32,000 nt of DNA from an archaeon (GTDB taxonomy: Archaea > Iainarchaeota > Iainarchaeia > Iainarchaeales > CSSED10-239), in NCBI GenBank assembly GCA_035400625.1, contig DAOMZT010000002.1:30001-62000 (forward strand), in the 5' to 3' direction. The stretch's first letter is position 1. Each line of letters opens with the position of its first letter. Below the pieces are notes generated by a model, which was not told where the DNA came from, made no database searches, and saw only the letters and a list, made by a program, of their open reading frames with translations. A program made the translations under genes and the position numbers. This document shows positions 1-9,491 of this stretch, piece after piece.

Positions 1-1
1 A

Positions 2-1003
2 GGATCTAATTTTGATGTTGCAACAATTTATGAGCTTGATCAGTTGTTAAGATTAAAGATTTCACCAAAAAGAATATCTTTTGGCAACACAATCAAAAAA
101 GAAGAAGATATAGCTTATGCTTACAAGAAAGGCATTAGGTTATTTGCAACAGATTCAATAAGCGACATTAAAAAACTTGCAAAAGCAGCACCAGGCTCTA
201 AAGTTTTCTTTAGAATAATTATGGAAGGAGGCTCTGCTGACTGGCCATTATCAAGAAAATTTGGTGCACACCCTGACATGATTTATCATCTCATATTTGA
301 AGCAAAGAAGTTAGGATTAATACCTTATGGCGTGTCTTTCCATGTCGGATCACAACAAAGAGATATAGGGCAATGGGATCAAGCAATTTCACAATGTAAA
401 TATTTATTTGATGCTGTTAAAGAAGAAGGAATAGAATTAAAACTAATAAATATGGGTGGTGGATTTCCAGCAAACTATATAAGCCCAACACACAATCTAG
501 AAACTTACTCTAAAGAAATAACTAGATTTTTAGAAGATGACTTTGGAGAAAATTTTACTAAGAAATTAGAAATCATAATTGAGCCAGGTCGTTCAATTGC
601 AGCAGATGCAGGAGTTATTGTTACAGAAGTTGTAATGATTTCTAAAAAATCCTTGTCTAATCAGTTTGATTGGGTGTATCTTGATGTTGGTAAATTTGGA
701 GGGCTTATTGAAACACTTGATGAATCCATAAAGTATCCAATCTTTACAGAAAACTACAGAAAGCCACCAAAAGAAAAAGAATGCAGAGAAGTAATACTTG
801 CAGGACCTACTTGTGACTCTACAGACACACTTTATGAAAAACACAAGTACTTTTTGCCTAAAAGTCTAAAAGAAGGGGATAGACTGTATATTCTTTCAAC
901 TGGAGCATATACTAGAAGTTATAGCTCTATATATTTCAATGGATTTCCGCCACTTGAAGTTTATATTGTAAAAAATGGAACAAAAAATAAAAAAGAAGAA
1001 TAA
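2..1003 (+). CDS. PLP-dependent ornithine/lysine decarboxylase-like enzyme (alanine-racemase-fold group IV decarboxylase); 5' end lies outside the window
   Basis: The frame is open from nt 2 (GSNFDVATIYELDQL...), so the TTG at 44 in the ORF track is internal. Motifs seen: FHVGSQQ, MGGGFP, EPGRS, AGPTCDSTD. These fit eukaryotic-type ODC better than LysA. Confidence 0.85.
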   Translation, partial: GSNFDVATIYELDQLLRLKISPKRISFGNTIKKEEDIAYAYKKGIRLFATDSISDIKKLAKAAPGSKVFFRIIMEGGSADWPLSRKFGAHPDMIYHLIFEAKKLGLIPYGVSFHVGSQQRDIGQWDQAISQCKYLFDAVKEEGIELKLINMGGGFPANYISPTHNLETYSKEITRFLEDDFGENFTKKLEIIIEPGRSIAADAGVIVTEVVMISKKSLSNQFDWVYLDVGKFGGLIETLDESIKYPIFTENYRKPPKEKECREVILAGPTCDSTDTLYEKHKYFLPKSLKEGDRLYILSTGAYTRSYSSIYFNGFPPLEVYIVKNGTKNKKEE

Positions 1004-1004
1004 T

Positions 1005-1619
1005 ATGAAAAAGAAATTACAAACAAAAAATAGTAAAAAAGGAGGAGGAAAAAACAAGTTCTTTTCTAAAGAGAATAGGGTCAAGGTAATCATCTTGATA
1101 TTAGCAATGCTATGTTTTCTTTTAATAATTACTTTTTCTTTAAAATATCTAAATAATAATAAAACTGAAAAGACTCAAGAATCAATGCCAGAACTTGGAA
1201 TTAATGAACAAACAGATAATCCAAATTTAGAAACTACGCCAGTAATAATATCTGGAGAAATAACAGAAAGCTCAAAGCTTGAAGATTTCTATGCAACAGG
1301 CAAACCAAGTTTTATAGTGTTTGCAGGAACTTATTGTGGGCACTGTCAAAGGCTTATACCAGAACTAGAAAAAGAGATCTGGAAAAATTATTCAAATAAA
1401 GCAAACATATGGATAGAAGTTATTGGCAATGGCGATTTTCCAACATCTATGCCACAAGGAGCAAATGAAAATATCATATATGAAGATATTATGGGCGAAT
1501 GCAGTTATGTTCCAGCATATGTAGTTTTAGACAAAGAAGGTAATCAGATATTAAGATCTTGCGGTTCAGAAAAAACAATTGCAGAAATCAAGTCTGCACT
1601 TGATAGTCAATTAAATTAA
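1005..1619 (+). CDS. membrane-anchored/exported thioredoxin-fold thiol-disulfide oxidoreductase (TlpA/ResA-like), CGHC active site
   Basis: Basic N-terminus plus one hydrophobic helix (VIILILAMLCFLLIITFSL), then FIVFAGTYCGHCQRL (CXXC) and a cis-Pro-like YVPAYVVLDKEGN. The ATG at 1005 starts 1 nt after the upstream stop. The ATG at 975 is an alternative start. Confidence 0.75.
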   Translation: MKKKLQTKNSKKGGGKNKFFSKENRVKVIILILAMLCFLLIITFSLKYLNNNKTEKTQESMPELGINEQTDNPNLETTPVIISGEITESSKLEDFYATGKPSFIVFAGTYCGHCQRLIPELEKEIWKNYSNKANIWIEVIGNGDFPTSMPQGANENIIYEDIMGECSYVPAYVVLDKEGNQILRSCGSEKTIAEIKSALDSQLN

Positions 1620-1624
1620 CACAC

Positions 1625-1708
1625 AATTTCTTGGACAACCAAATTACATACCAAGAAATTCCCTTTCTTTTTTCTTGAGAAAAGAGAAAAGCCATAACCT
1701 TTGGCTTT
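1625..1708. terminator. two hairpins between convergent genes (candidate bidirectional terminator)
   Basis: Perfect 10-bp inverted repeat AATTTCTTGG (1625-1634) / CCAAGAAATT (1651-1660). A second stem AAAGCC (1688-1693) / GGCTTT (1703-1708) is followed by a T-rich tract. Confidence 0.4.
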
Positions 1709-1713
1709 CCATT

Positions 1714-1935
1714 TTATTTTTTAGAAGCAGGTTTTTTTGCGTATCTATTTTGTCTTGCTTTTAATGCATCTTTAGTTTCTTTTAAATTCATTCTTTCAAA
1801 GAAATCAGCACTCCTATAGACCTCTTCAAATTTCTCTCTTTTTTTTAATTTTCTTTCAAGATCCTCTTGACACTTTGGGCAATATATTCCATAATTGCCA
1901 ATTGATCTTCCGCAAATAATACATTTTTGACTCAT
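1714..1935 (-). CDS. small zinc-ribbon protein with basic C-terminal tail, function unknown
   Basis: CIICGRS...YCPKCQ gives a CxxC-x13-CxxC motif within the first 25 aa. AGGGGA lies about 9 nt upstream of the ATG on the minus strand. Confidence 0.6.
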   Translation of the reverse strand: MSQKCIICGRSIGNYGIYCPKCQEDLERKLKKREKFEEVYRSADFFERMNLKETKDALKARQNRYAKKPASKK

Positions 1936-2006
1936 TTTCTCTATCCCCTTTAATTTTAATTAAATATTGTAAGTAATAATATGGTTATCTAATACATTTA
2001 AATACT

Positions 2007-3500
2007 TTACTTTTTGTCTTTATTTTCTTCACTATCCCCCTCTTCTTTCATCATTGGGAATAATATGACTTCTCTGATGTTTGTAGAGTTTGTAAATATC
2101 ATAACAAGTCTATCAATACCAAGACCTATGCCATAAGCAGGAGGCATACCATATTTTAAAGATTCAATGAAGTCTATGTCAATTGGGTGGTTCTCGCCTT
2201 TACCTCTTCCCTGGTCTGCTTGCTCAAACATTAGCTTTTCTTGAAGCATTGGATCATTTAACTCACTATACATATTTCCTGCTTCAGAACAATTAACATA
2301 TGGCTCATTTCTTTCAATCAGTTCTGGATTTTTCCTGTGAAGCTTACAAAGAGGAGTGGTCTCCTTAGGGTGATCAATGATGTGTATTGGACCAAGAAGT
2401 TGGCTTTCGCAGAAATGTTCAAAAAGCTCAGCAATAGCTAGCCCCCTTTTGAAAATCTCTAGTTCTAGCTTGTTTTCTTTAAGCAGATTCTTTAAGTCAT
2501 CATCACTTAATTTATCAACATCAATATTTGCATATTCTTTAAGGGCACCAGCCATGGTTAATTTCTTCCATGGTCTCTTAAAATCAAAGGTTTGTTCAAG
2601 ATAGTTGACCTTTGTGCTGCCATTTAGCTTTAAAGCAATAGTTTCATAAATTTCTTCTATCAAGTCCATAGCAGAATTATAATCTTTATAACACTCATAA
2701 CATTCAAGCATTGTAAACTCAGGATTATGAGATTTATCTACCCCTTCATTTCTAAAGTTCTTACAGATCGTATATACCTTGTCAAAACCACCAACTAAAA
2801 GCCTTTTAAGATAAAGTTCAGGAGAAATTGAAAGATAAAGCTTTCTTTTCCACACATAGCTTTCAGTTATAAACGGTCTGGCATTCGCCCCACCATAAAG
2901 AGGTTGAAGCAAAGGCGTTTCCACTTCCAAGAAGCCCTTATTGTCAAGTATTTCTCTAATAATCTTAATTATTTGTGCTCTTTTCATAAAGATTTCTCTT
3001 GATTCCAAATTAGTCATTAAATCAAGATATCTTTGTCTATATTTTAGTTCTGTATCTTGAATACCATGGAACTTCTCAGGAAGAGGCAAAAAGGCCTTAG
3101 CTAAAAACACAATATCTTGAGCATCAATTGAAAGCTCTCCTCTTTTTGTCTTAAATATCTTTCCCTTGACACCGATAATGTCGCCATCATCTATCTTTTT
3201 TAAAAGCTCAAGATTTTCAGGAGTTGTGGTTTCATCTTTAACAACTATCTGAATCTTACCATAAGTATCATGCAGATCAATAAAAGAAATCTTACCTAGA
3301 GATCTTAAAGAAAGAACTCTTCCAGCAACACTAGCAATCTCTGTGGTATATTTGTCGTTCTCTAAGTCCTTGTATTTTTCTTTTATTTCCTTAGAAATAT
3401 GTGTTCTATCATAAGTATAAGGATATGGTTCAATACCCATATTTACTATATAATTAAAATTATTTTTCCTGTTTTCCTGATATTCTTCTAATCTTCCCAT
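2007..3500 (-). CDS. lysS: lysyl-tRNA synthetase, class II
   Basis: N-terminal OB anticodon-binding region (VAGRVLSLRSLGKISFIDLHDTYGKIQIV). Class II motifs FRNEG, MLECYECY and GIGLGIDRLVMIFT. Length 497 aa. Confidence 0.95.
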   Translation of the reverse strand: MGRLEEYQENRKNNFNYIVNMGIEPYPYTYDRTHISKEIKEKYKDLENDKYTTEIASVAGRVLSLRSLGKISFIDLHDTYGKIQIVVKDETTTPENLELLKKIDDGDIIGVKGKIFKTKRGELSIDAQDIVFLAKAFLPLPEKFHGIQDTELKYRQRYLDLMTNLESREIFMKRAQIIKIIREILDNKGFLEVETPLLQPLYGGANARPFITESYVWKRKLYLSISPELYLKRLLVGGFDKVYTICKNFRNEGVDKSHNPEFTMLECYECYKDYNSAMDLIEEIYETIALKLNGSTKVNYLEQTFDFKRPWKKLTMAGALKEYANIDVDKLSDDDLKNLLKENKLELEIFKRGLAIAELFEHFCESQLLGPIHIIDHPKETTPLCKLHRKNPELIERNEPYVNCSEAGNMYSELNDPMLQEKLMFEQADQGRGKGENHPIDIDFIESLKYGMPPAYGIGLGIDRLVMIFTNSTNIREVILFPMMKEEGDSEENKDKK

Positions 3501-3552
3501 ATTTAATCACATCTAAATATATATTTATGAAAAAGAATAAATATAAATGGAT

Positions 3553-6500
3553 TTATTTTCTTTTTCTCCTGTCTGTATAAATTAAAACAAATCCACTTAA
3601 TATTATTGTCATGTAAAGAATTGCCATGACTGTTGATTCTGGAGTTAAAGGAATATTAAAGCCACTACCGCCTTTTCCTGAACCGCCAGAACCAATATTA
3701 AACACATTAGTTCCAGGAGTTCCTACGACTTTGCCATTGCCATCAACCCCGAAAGAAACACCATCTTTAAATGCATCATTTAATGGGATAAGATTGCCAT
3801 TTGTTGTATACCAATTACCTGTCTCAGGATCATACCAAAAAGACCCGTTCTTTCCTTGAGCTGACATTAATGTTTCTTTATCTCCATTATAGGTAAGTCT
3901 AGGAACACCATCTTCTGCACTAAACTCTAGATTATGTGTTTTGCCATCATCTGTTTTTACTGAAATGCCATTTGGTGTTTGTTCAAAAGAGGATATTTTT
4001 GCATCATATATCTCACCAGTTTCTTTATCTATTATCTTTAGCCTTTGCTCACATTCTGGCGGATCACTTAGATAAAAGATAAAAGTTTTTGTCTTTGTAT
4101 CAAACATTTGGAAAGGTCCAACCTTTTCTAAAGCCTTGTTTAGCTTTTCTGTGTTTGCTGCTGCTTGGTCACTATCCTTTATTGGGGTTGTAGAAAAGTT
4201 AATACCTAGCTCTTCATTGTCACAACCATTTATTGCCTTGCTTTTTGTGACTTCTGCTTTAAGGCTTTTAATATCATTTCCACTTGTTTCTGTTGTTGTT
4301 TCTACCCACATGATATATGCCTTTGCTTCTTCACTATAAATTAGCTGACCAAACTCAAATTGTACACTTATATTTTTACCAATTGTATTGTCCTTACCAT
4401 CAATAGGCCCTATCGTTGTAGATCTATTTCCTAATACTGTTAATTTAGATCTATTGCCATTAGCAATCAATCTAGGAAGACCAGCACCTTGAGCAATAAT
4501 CGAGTTTCCTAAAAAACTAGTGGTGTATGCTCCTGCTGGATTAATATTATTTGTTACTTTTGTGGTTCCTAGATATGGAGTTAAATTCTTGCTTGTAGAA
4601 CTCATGGAAAGACCTGTTTGAGCCTCATAGCCAGCCCTTAGACAATCAAAAAATTCTGCATTTTTAACTGTTAGATTGCCATGAGCATCAATTTCAAATA
4701 ATGGGTCTGTGTTATTTGGTAATGGTATATAACTTAAACTACGAGGTATAACTTTAGCAGGGATACCCAAATTATCTCCTATTAGTCTTACAAAGTCTTT
4801 ACTCTTTTCGCCAATTACTGTTCTTGTTCCATTTTCATCAGTAACTGTTAAGATTCCTTTTTCTTTATCAATTGTAACATCTATGTTGGTGTCTTTGTCT
4901 TTTAGAATCTCAACACCTTTGTCATTATAACCGCTTGCCAAACATTTTGTTCTTGGACCAATTTCTATAAAGAAAAGTCTACCTTCTACTGATGTGTTAG
5001 ATATACCACCAGTTGTGAATGTTGCTTGAACTATTGGGTCTTCAATAATTTGTTCTTCAACATATTCTTTTACTTTTTCTGAACCTGCCTTTACTCCTTT
5101 TTCAAGTTCTGTTCCTGAAGTTATTTTGGAAATTGTATTTTCAACTTTGTTTGTTCCATCAATTATGGCTTCTCCTACTTTATTTTTTGAATCTTTAGAT
5201 TGTCTTTCTTCTTCTTGTGCAGAAACAAAGAAATGTGCATATAATCCTTCTTCATCATCGATACAGCCATGTATTTCTGGCATAATCATCGTTTGCATAG
5301 GGATATCACTTACAATTGCTGGACCAATAAATGAAATTAAATAACCCGAACCTGGGAAAACAATATATGCAAATTTTTGTGCAACTATAGAACCAGTAAC
5401 AAATCTGTGGTTTCTAAATGATTTAGGAATAACTTTGCCTATTGGCATACCTAACAAATTTAGGTTTGTAACTTTTTGCCCACAAGTTTCTCCTTTTTCT
5501 CTAGCTTCAATAAGATCTATTGCCTTATCTGTAGATTGTTTAGAGATTGTACCATCATAATCTGTATGATGGGAGAAAGATATAAGGGTTTGTCCTACTT
5601 TTCGATTTTTTTCAGAAGTGTTTTCTAATAAATAATTATTAGTTTTTATTCCGTCTGCAGTACTAGTAACAATACTTATTGATTTATAATCAACTTGACT
5701 TTTAAGTTTTGGCGTGCTTTCTTTTTTCTTTATAAAGTCTAATAAGCCTTTATCTTCTTCAATTTCCTTGTCTTTGTTCTTTTCTGCTGTTTCTTCATTT
5801 TCTTTATCTTCTGTTTCTTCCTTATTTTCTTTAGTTTCTTCCTTGTCTTCAGTAGTTTCTTTATCTTTATTTTTTTCATTTTCATTGTTTTTTTCTTTAG
5901 TTTCTTCTTTGTCTTCAGTAGTTTCTTTTTCTTTGTTTTTTTGAGCCTCTTCTGCGGCCTCTAGTTCCATAGCAGACAAAGAAGCATCCTTTGTTTTTTG
6001 ATCAATATAATTAGAACCGATATTAAATGTACAAGATCGATTATCACAACCCGAAGAAATATTGTTTGTAATCAATACGATATCATCAGTTTCTGATCTT
6101 CTTATTTGACCTTGGAATCTGTCTTTCAAAAAATCAACTGTTGCATCAGACCAGTCAGCCCCTATTTCTTCTGTTACTTTCATAGATACTGTAGTAAACC
6201 AAAATAGCACAGAGTTAAGATATTTCATAAAAAGATCTCCTTGATCTGAACCTGTATTTGCAAAGAAATCAACATATGCATCTTTATATATCTCTTCTGT
6301 TTCTTTGTGTTTGATATGTAGAGCCGTATATGTTTCTGGTAACTGATACATTGACCATCTAGTTAATCCAATGGTGTCTCCAAATAATGTGGCGCCACCT
6401 GTCTTTATTTCCCAATATGCAAAGTTTAATCCAAAAACCATGGGGTTTTTAGTAAAAAATCTTTGATAAGATGCTCCATTATAATTCTTCATCCATTGAT

Positions 6501-8844
6501 TAATTATATCTCTTCCTCTTCCAGAAACCCACTCTTGATGACTCATGGTTTCTAGAACCTTATTTAAACGATTTGCAGTGTCCCCTATTTTTTTTACAGC
6601 ACTTACTCCATCTGCTGGAGACATTAAAATAGGAGTTGCAACTTCTAAAGGGTCTAAATCAAAATAACCTTTGCCATAAATTTCAGCAACAGTTTTGTTA
6701 TTTACTCTATCAATAATCACATCATCAATAAACATTTCTTTTCTAGAAGGGAAAATTTTCACATCTGTAACCGCAACACTTGCAAAGTATGATGGATCTA
6801 TATTTCCCAAAATTTCACTGTGTAAAACAGGACTGCCACTTACATATTCTATGAATTCAATCTGAGCATTAGGAACTACAGATATATAATGTTTAATTTC
6901 ATCTAAATTCATTATATTTATAATTTTTGTTCTATCTATTTCTTGAACAATAGGTCTTAATCTTTGTCTAGTTATTTCTATTCCATCTGTTGTCACTAAA
7001 TCTATATTATTTACTACTGCTGTTTTTTGTGCACCCTTAATTTTTAAACCGGTTTTGCCATTTCCAAACTCCCCTTTTTCAAATTCAAATAATTTCATTT
7101 CTTTACTAAAAGGGTCTGTAATTTTTTCTTTTCCATCTATCACATCAACTACATGTAATCTAGAAGTTCTGCCATCTGCGGTTCTATAGCGTGACAAATC
7201 AAATTCCTTTACACCTTTATTTCCTAATTCATCAATTATTTCAATACTTCTAGTTCTATTGTTTATTGGCCCAGAGTTATATAGTGCCTCTTTCCACTTA
7301 TATTTTGCATTTATATTTTCAAATGTAGTGCTTAACCTCGTAGTTGAGTATATTAAATCTTCTAATGCATCATATTCTTGTTTACTTAAGGTTCTAAGAA
7401 AATCATTAACATTTTCACCAGCAGTTATTGAAGCTAAATATTTATCTGTAACTTTTTTTGTTACAGGATCTGAAGCCTTTGATTGCAAAAATGCATGTGC
7501 TGCCTGATATTTGTCTGATAAAATTTGTGTAACATCTGTTGCTGCTCTTTTTTTTGGAGCAGATAGTTTTGCACCACTATCTGTTATCATTTCTTTAGAA
7601 AATTTACTTGTTGCCCCCGCACCACTTTGTGTTGCATCGATCATGCCATCAGTAAATTCTTCAATATCATATTTGTTTATGTTTCTTTGCAAAATTTCAT
7701 CGTGTGCTAAATTAAATTCTATAAATTTATCTACATCGTTTCTGTAATTTAATTTTGCCTTATATGCCTTACTTATTCTTCCGAAAGGGTCTCTAACTAA
7801 TAATTCTGGATCTTTTGTTAAGATATCTACAAAACCACCCTCTTTAATCCAACCTTTCTTTTTTAGAGTATTAATTGGTTTTAAGAATGCATTTTTAACG
7901 CCAGGTACATGAAATATTCTTGATGCAGCATTAAACAAAAAAGGAGATACAGAACTATACACCATATCTGCAGAAAAATATTGATTAAACATCTTATCAA
8001 ATAAAGAATAAGTATTAATATAACAATTTTCACCACTACATGTTGTTTGCATAGATACAGCAAAATTACTTGTTAAAGAAGTGTTACTTATAACTTTATC
8101 GCTAACTGATTGCCAAGTTTCAGTATCCATTGAATTTAGTTCATTATTTTGCATAGCCCCTTCTATTTTTTCTAGCTCGTAAGAAGACATATCTGAGAAC
8201 ATACCCAAATCTTCTTTACCAGGAATATCAGCATCATCATTTATTATTGTTTCTTTCATTCCTGCAATTAAATCTTTACCAACAACCGTTACTTCTTTAA
8301 AGAAACCGCCTACATTTGAAGCACTTAAGTCATTTTTTCTATATTGCCCAGGCATAGTAAGATAACAATCGCTATTGTTATTATCAAGATCACACCTGCC
8401 AATCCTTAGTGTTTCATTAAGATTAAGTCCGAAATCATAAGAGCCATAGCAAGTTTTGCCTATAAGCATAGGAACCTCAATAGCGTCCATTTGTTTAGAT
8501 GGAACTTGTAATTTTGCACCAACATCTCCTGATTTTGCATCAGTGTCTGCAACAATCAAATTGTTTTTATCTAATGTGTCTCTTTTTGTATTTTCTTCTT
8601 GATCTGAAGTAAGGGTGTCTGCAGAAAATCCCTTTGTTAATATTTCTCCCCATAAAGCATTAACTTCTTCCTTTGATAGCTCTTTAGTCATACAGCCATT
8701 GCCCCTGTCAAAGATAATGCCATCAGAACTAATTTCCTTTTCTGCAAAATAATAGTTATCAGGACTATACCCATATGCAAATATGCTATTACAGAAAAGC
8801 ATTAAAAAGAAAAAAATCCAAATTCTTTTGATTGTTTCATTCAT
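3553..8844 (-). CDS. giant (1763 aa) secreted/cell-surface protein with N-terminal signal peptide and C-terminal membrane anchor; no recognisable domains
   Basis: Uninterrupted 5.3-kb ORF. N-terminus KRIWIFFFLMLFCNSIFA-YG is signal-like. C-terminus is GSGGSGKGGSGFNIPLTPES + TVMAILYMTIILSGFVLIY + TDRRKRK. There is an internal E/K/T-rich linker. Confidence 0.8.
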   Translation of the reverse strand: MNETIKRIWIFFFLMLFCNSIFAYGYSPDNYYFAEKEISSDGIIFDRGNGCMTKELSKEEVNALWGEILTKGFSADTLTSDQEENTKRDTLDKNNLIVADTDAKSGDVGAKLQVPSKQMDAIEVPMLIGKTCYGSYDFGLNLNETLRIGRCDLDNNNSDCYLTMPGQYRKNDLSASNVGGFFKEVTVVGKDLIAGMKETIINDDADIPGKEDLGMFSDMSSYELEKIEGAMQNNELNSMDTETWQSVSDKVISNTSLTSNFAVSMQTTCSGENCYINTYSLFDKMFNQYFSADMVYSSVSPFLFNAASRIFHVPGVKNAFLKPINTLKKKGWIKEGGFVDILTKDPELLVRDPFGRISKAYKAKLNYRNDVDKFIEFNLAHDEILQRNINKYDIEEFTDGMIDATQSGAGATSKFSKEMITDSGAKLSAPKKRAATDVTQILSDKYQAAHAFLQSKASDPVTKKVTDKYLASITAGENVNDFLRTLSKQEYDALEDLIYSTTRLSTTFENINAKYKWKEALYNSGPINNRTRSIEIIDELGNKGVKEFDLSRYRTADGRTSRLHVVDVIDGKEKITDPFSKEMKLFEFEKGEFGNGKTGLKIKGAQKTAVVNNIDLVTTDGIEITRQRLRPIVQEIDRTKIINIMNLDEIKHYISVVPNAQIEFIEYVSGSPVLHSEILGNIDPSYFASVAVTDVKIFPSRKEMFIDDVIIDRVNNKTVAEIYGKGYFDLDPLEVATPILMSPADGVSAVKKIGDTANRLNKVLETMSHQEWVSGRGRDIINQWMKNYNGASYQRFFTKNPMVFGLNFAYWEIKTGGATLFGDTIGLTRWSMYQLPETYTALHIKHKETEEIYKDAYVDFFANTGSDQGDLFMKYLNSVLFWFTTVSMKVTEEIGADWSDATVDFLKDRFQGQIRRSETDDIVLITNNISSGCDNRSCTFNIGSNYIDQKTKDASLSAMELEAAEEAQKNKEKETTEDKEETKEKNNENEKNKDKETTEDKEETKENKEETEDKENEETAEKNKDKEIEEDKGLLDFIKKKESTPKLKSQVDYKSISIVTSTADGIKTNNYLLENTSEKNRKVGQTLISFSHHTDYDGTISKQSTDKAIDLIEAREKGETCGQKVTNLNLLGMPIGKVIPKSFRNHRFVTGSIVAQKFAYIVFPGSGYLISFIGPAIVSDIPMQTMIMPEIHGCIDDEEGLYAHFFVSAQEEERQSKDSKNKVGEAIIDGTNKVENTISKITSGTELEKGVKAGSEKVKEYVEEQIIEDPIVQATFTTGGISNTSVEGRLFFIEIGPRTKCLASGYNDKGVEILKDKDTNIDVTIDKEKGILTVTDENGTRTVIGEKSKDFVRLIGDNLGIPAKVIPRSLSYIPLPNNTDPLFEIDAHGNLTVKNAEFFDCLRAGYEAQTGLSMSSTSKNLTPYLGTTKVTNNINPAGAYTTSFLGNSIIAQGAGLPRLIANGNRSKLTVLGNRSTTIGPIDGKDNTIGKNISVQFEFGQLIYSEEAKAYIMWVETTTETSGNDIKSLKAEVTKSKAINGCDNEELGINFSTTPIKDSDQAAANTEKLNKALEKVGPFQMFDTKTKTFIFYLSDPPECEQRLKIIDKETGEIYDAKISSFEQTPNGISVKTDDGKTHNLEFSAEDGVPRLTYNGDKETLMSAQGKNGSFWYDPETGNWYTTNGNLIPLNDAFKDGVSFGVDGNGKVVGTPGTNVFNIGSGGSGKGGSGFNIPLTPESTVMAILYMTIILSGFVLIYTDRRKRK
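5745..5945 (-). repeat. low-complexity E/K/T/N-rich coding repeat inside the giant protein
   Basis: Encodes KEKETTEDKEETKEKNNENEKNKDKETTEDKEETKENKEETEDKENEETAEKNKDKEIEEDK. A 35-nt unit TTCTTTAGTTTCTTC(C/T)TTGTCTTCAGTAGTTTCTT occurs at 5827-5861 and 5893-5927, a 66-nt period with 1 mismatch. Confidence 0.85.
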
Positions 8845-8856
8845 TTCAATAACACC

Positions 8857-9393
8857 TTACATAAATATCAAATATATAATCATTGCAATCAATGATGGAA
8901 AAATAATCATTAAAAATAACAAAATAACAAACAAAACCATAGCAAAGCTCTTCCATAGCTCTATAAAAGACAGCTTTTCTGATTTTTGCTTTCTAGTTTT
9001 TTTCTTTTTTTCTTTTTTCTCCATAAAGGAATCATATAACATTGATATGAACATTGCAACAATAAATAACATGCCTGTAAATAAAAGATTTACTAGCAGT
9101 AACCTGCCTAATTGTATTAAAACAAACAATACTCCTTCAAAGAAAGTAAATGTTGAAAACTTATCTAGTATTGGTATAAAATAAATTAAAATAAGAACAA
9201 TATAAGTTATAATAAAAATAATAATAAACAAAGACTTTGCAAAACTTAGCTTTTTATCTTTCCTTAGCCAATTAAATTTTTTTTGGAAAAGATAGGTTAA
9301 GCCAATAAAGGGCAAAGATAATAAAGCACTAAATAATAATAACTTAATAAAAACCCACAAGTAATTTAATAAACTTAATAATATTTTGCTCAT
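8857..9393 (-). CDS. polytopic membrane protein (about 5 TM helices, Lys-rich cytoplasmic loop), unknown function
   Basis: Five long hydrophobic segments and a KKEKKKKTRKQKSEK loop. Its stop lies 12 nt upstream of the giant-protein start, so co-transcription is likely. Confidence 0.6.
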   Translation of the reverse strand: MSKILLSLLNYLWVFIKLLLFSALLSLPFIGLTYLFQKKFNWLRKDKKLSFAKSLFIIIFIITYIVLILIYFIPILDKFSTFTFFEGVLFVLIQLGRLLLVNLLFTGMLFIVAMFISMLYDSFMEKKEKKKKTRKQKSEKLSFIELWKSFAMVLFVILLFLMIIFPSLIAMIIYLIFM

Positions 9394-9491
9394 TATGTAC
9401 CCATTTATATATATTTTAGTTAAATATATATTAGCATAATAGTTTTTAAATATTATATACTATTATGTTTATAGGCAAAAGAGGAATAAAT

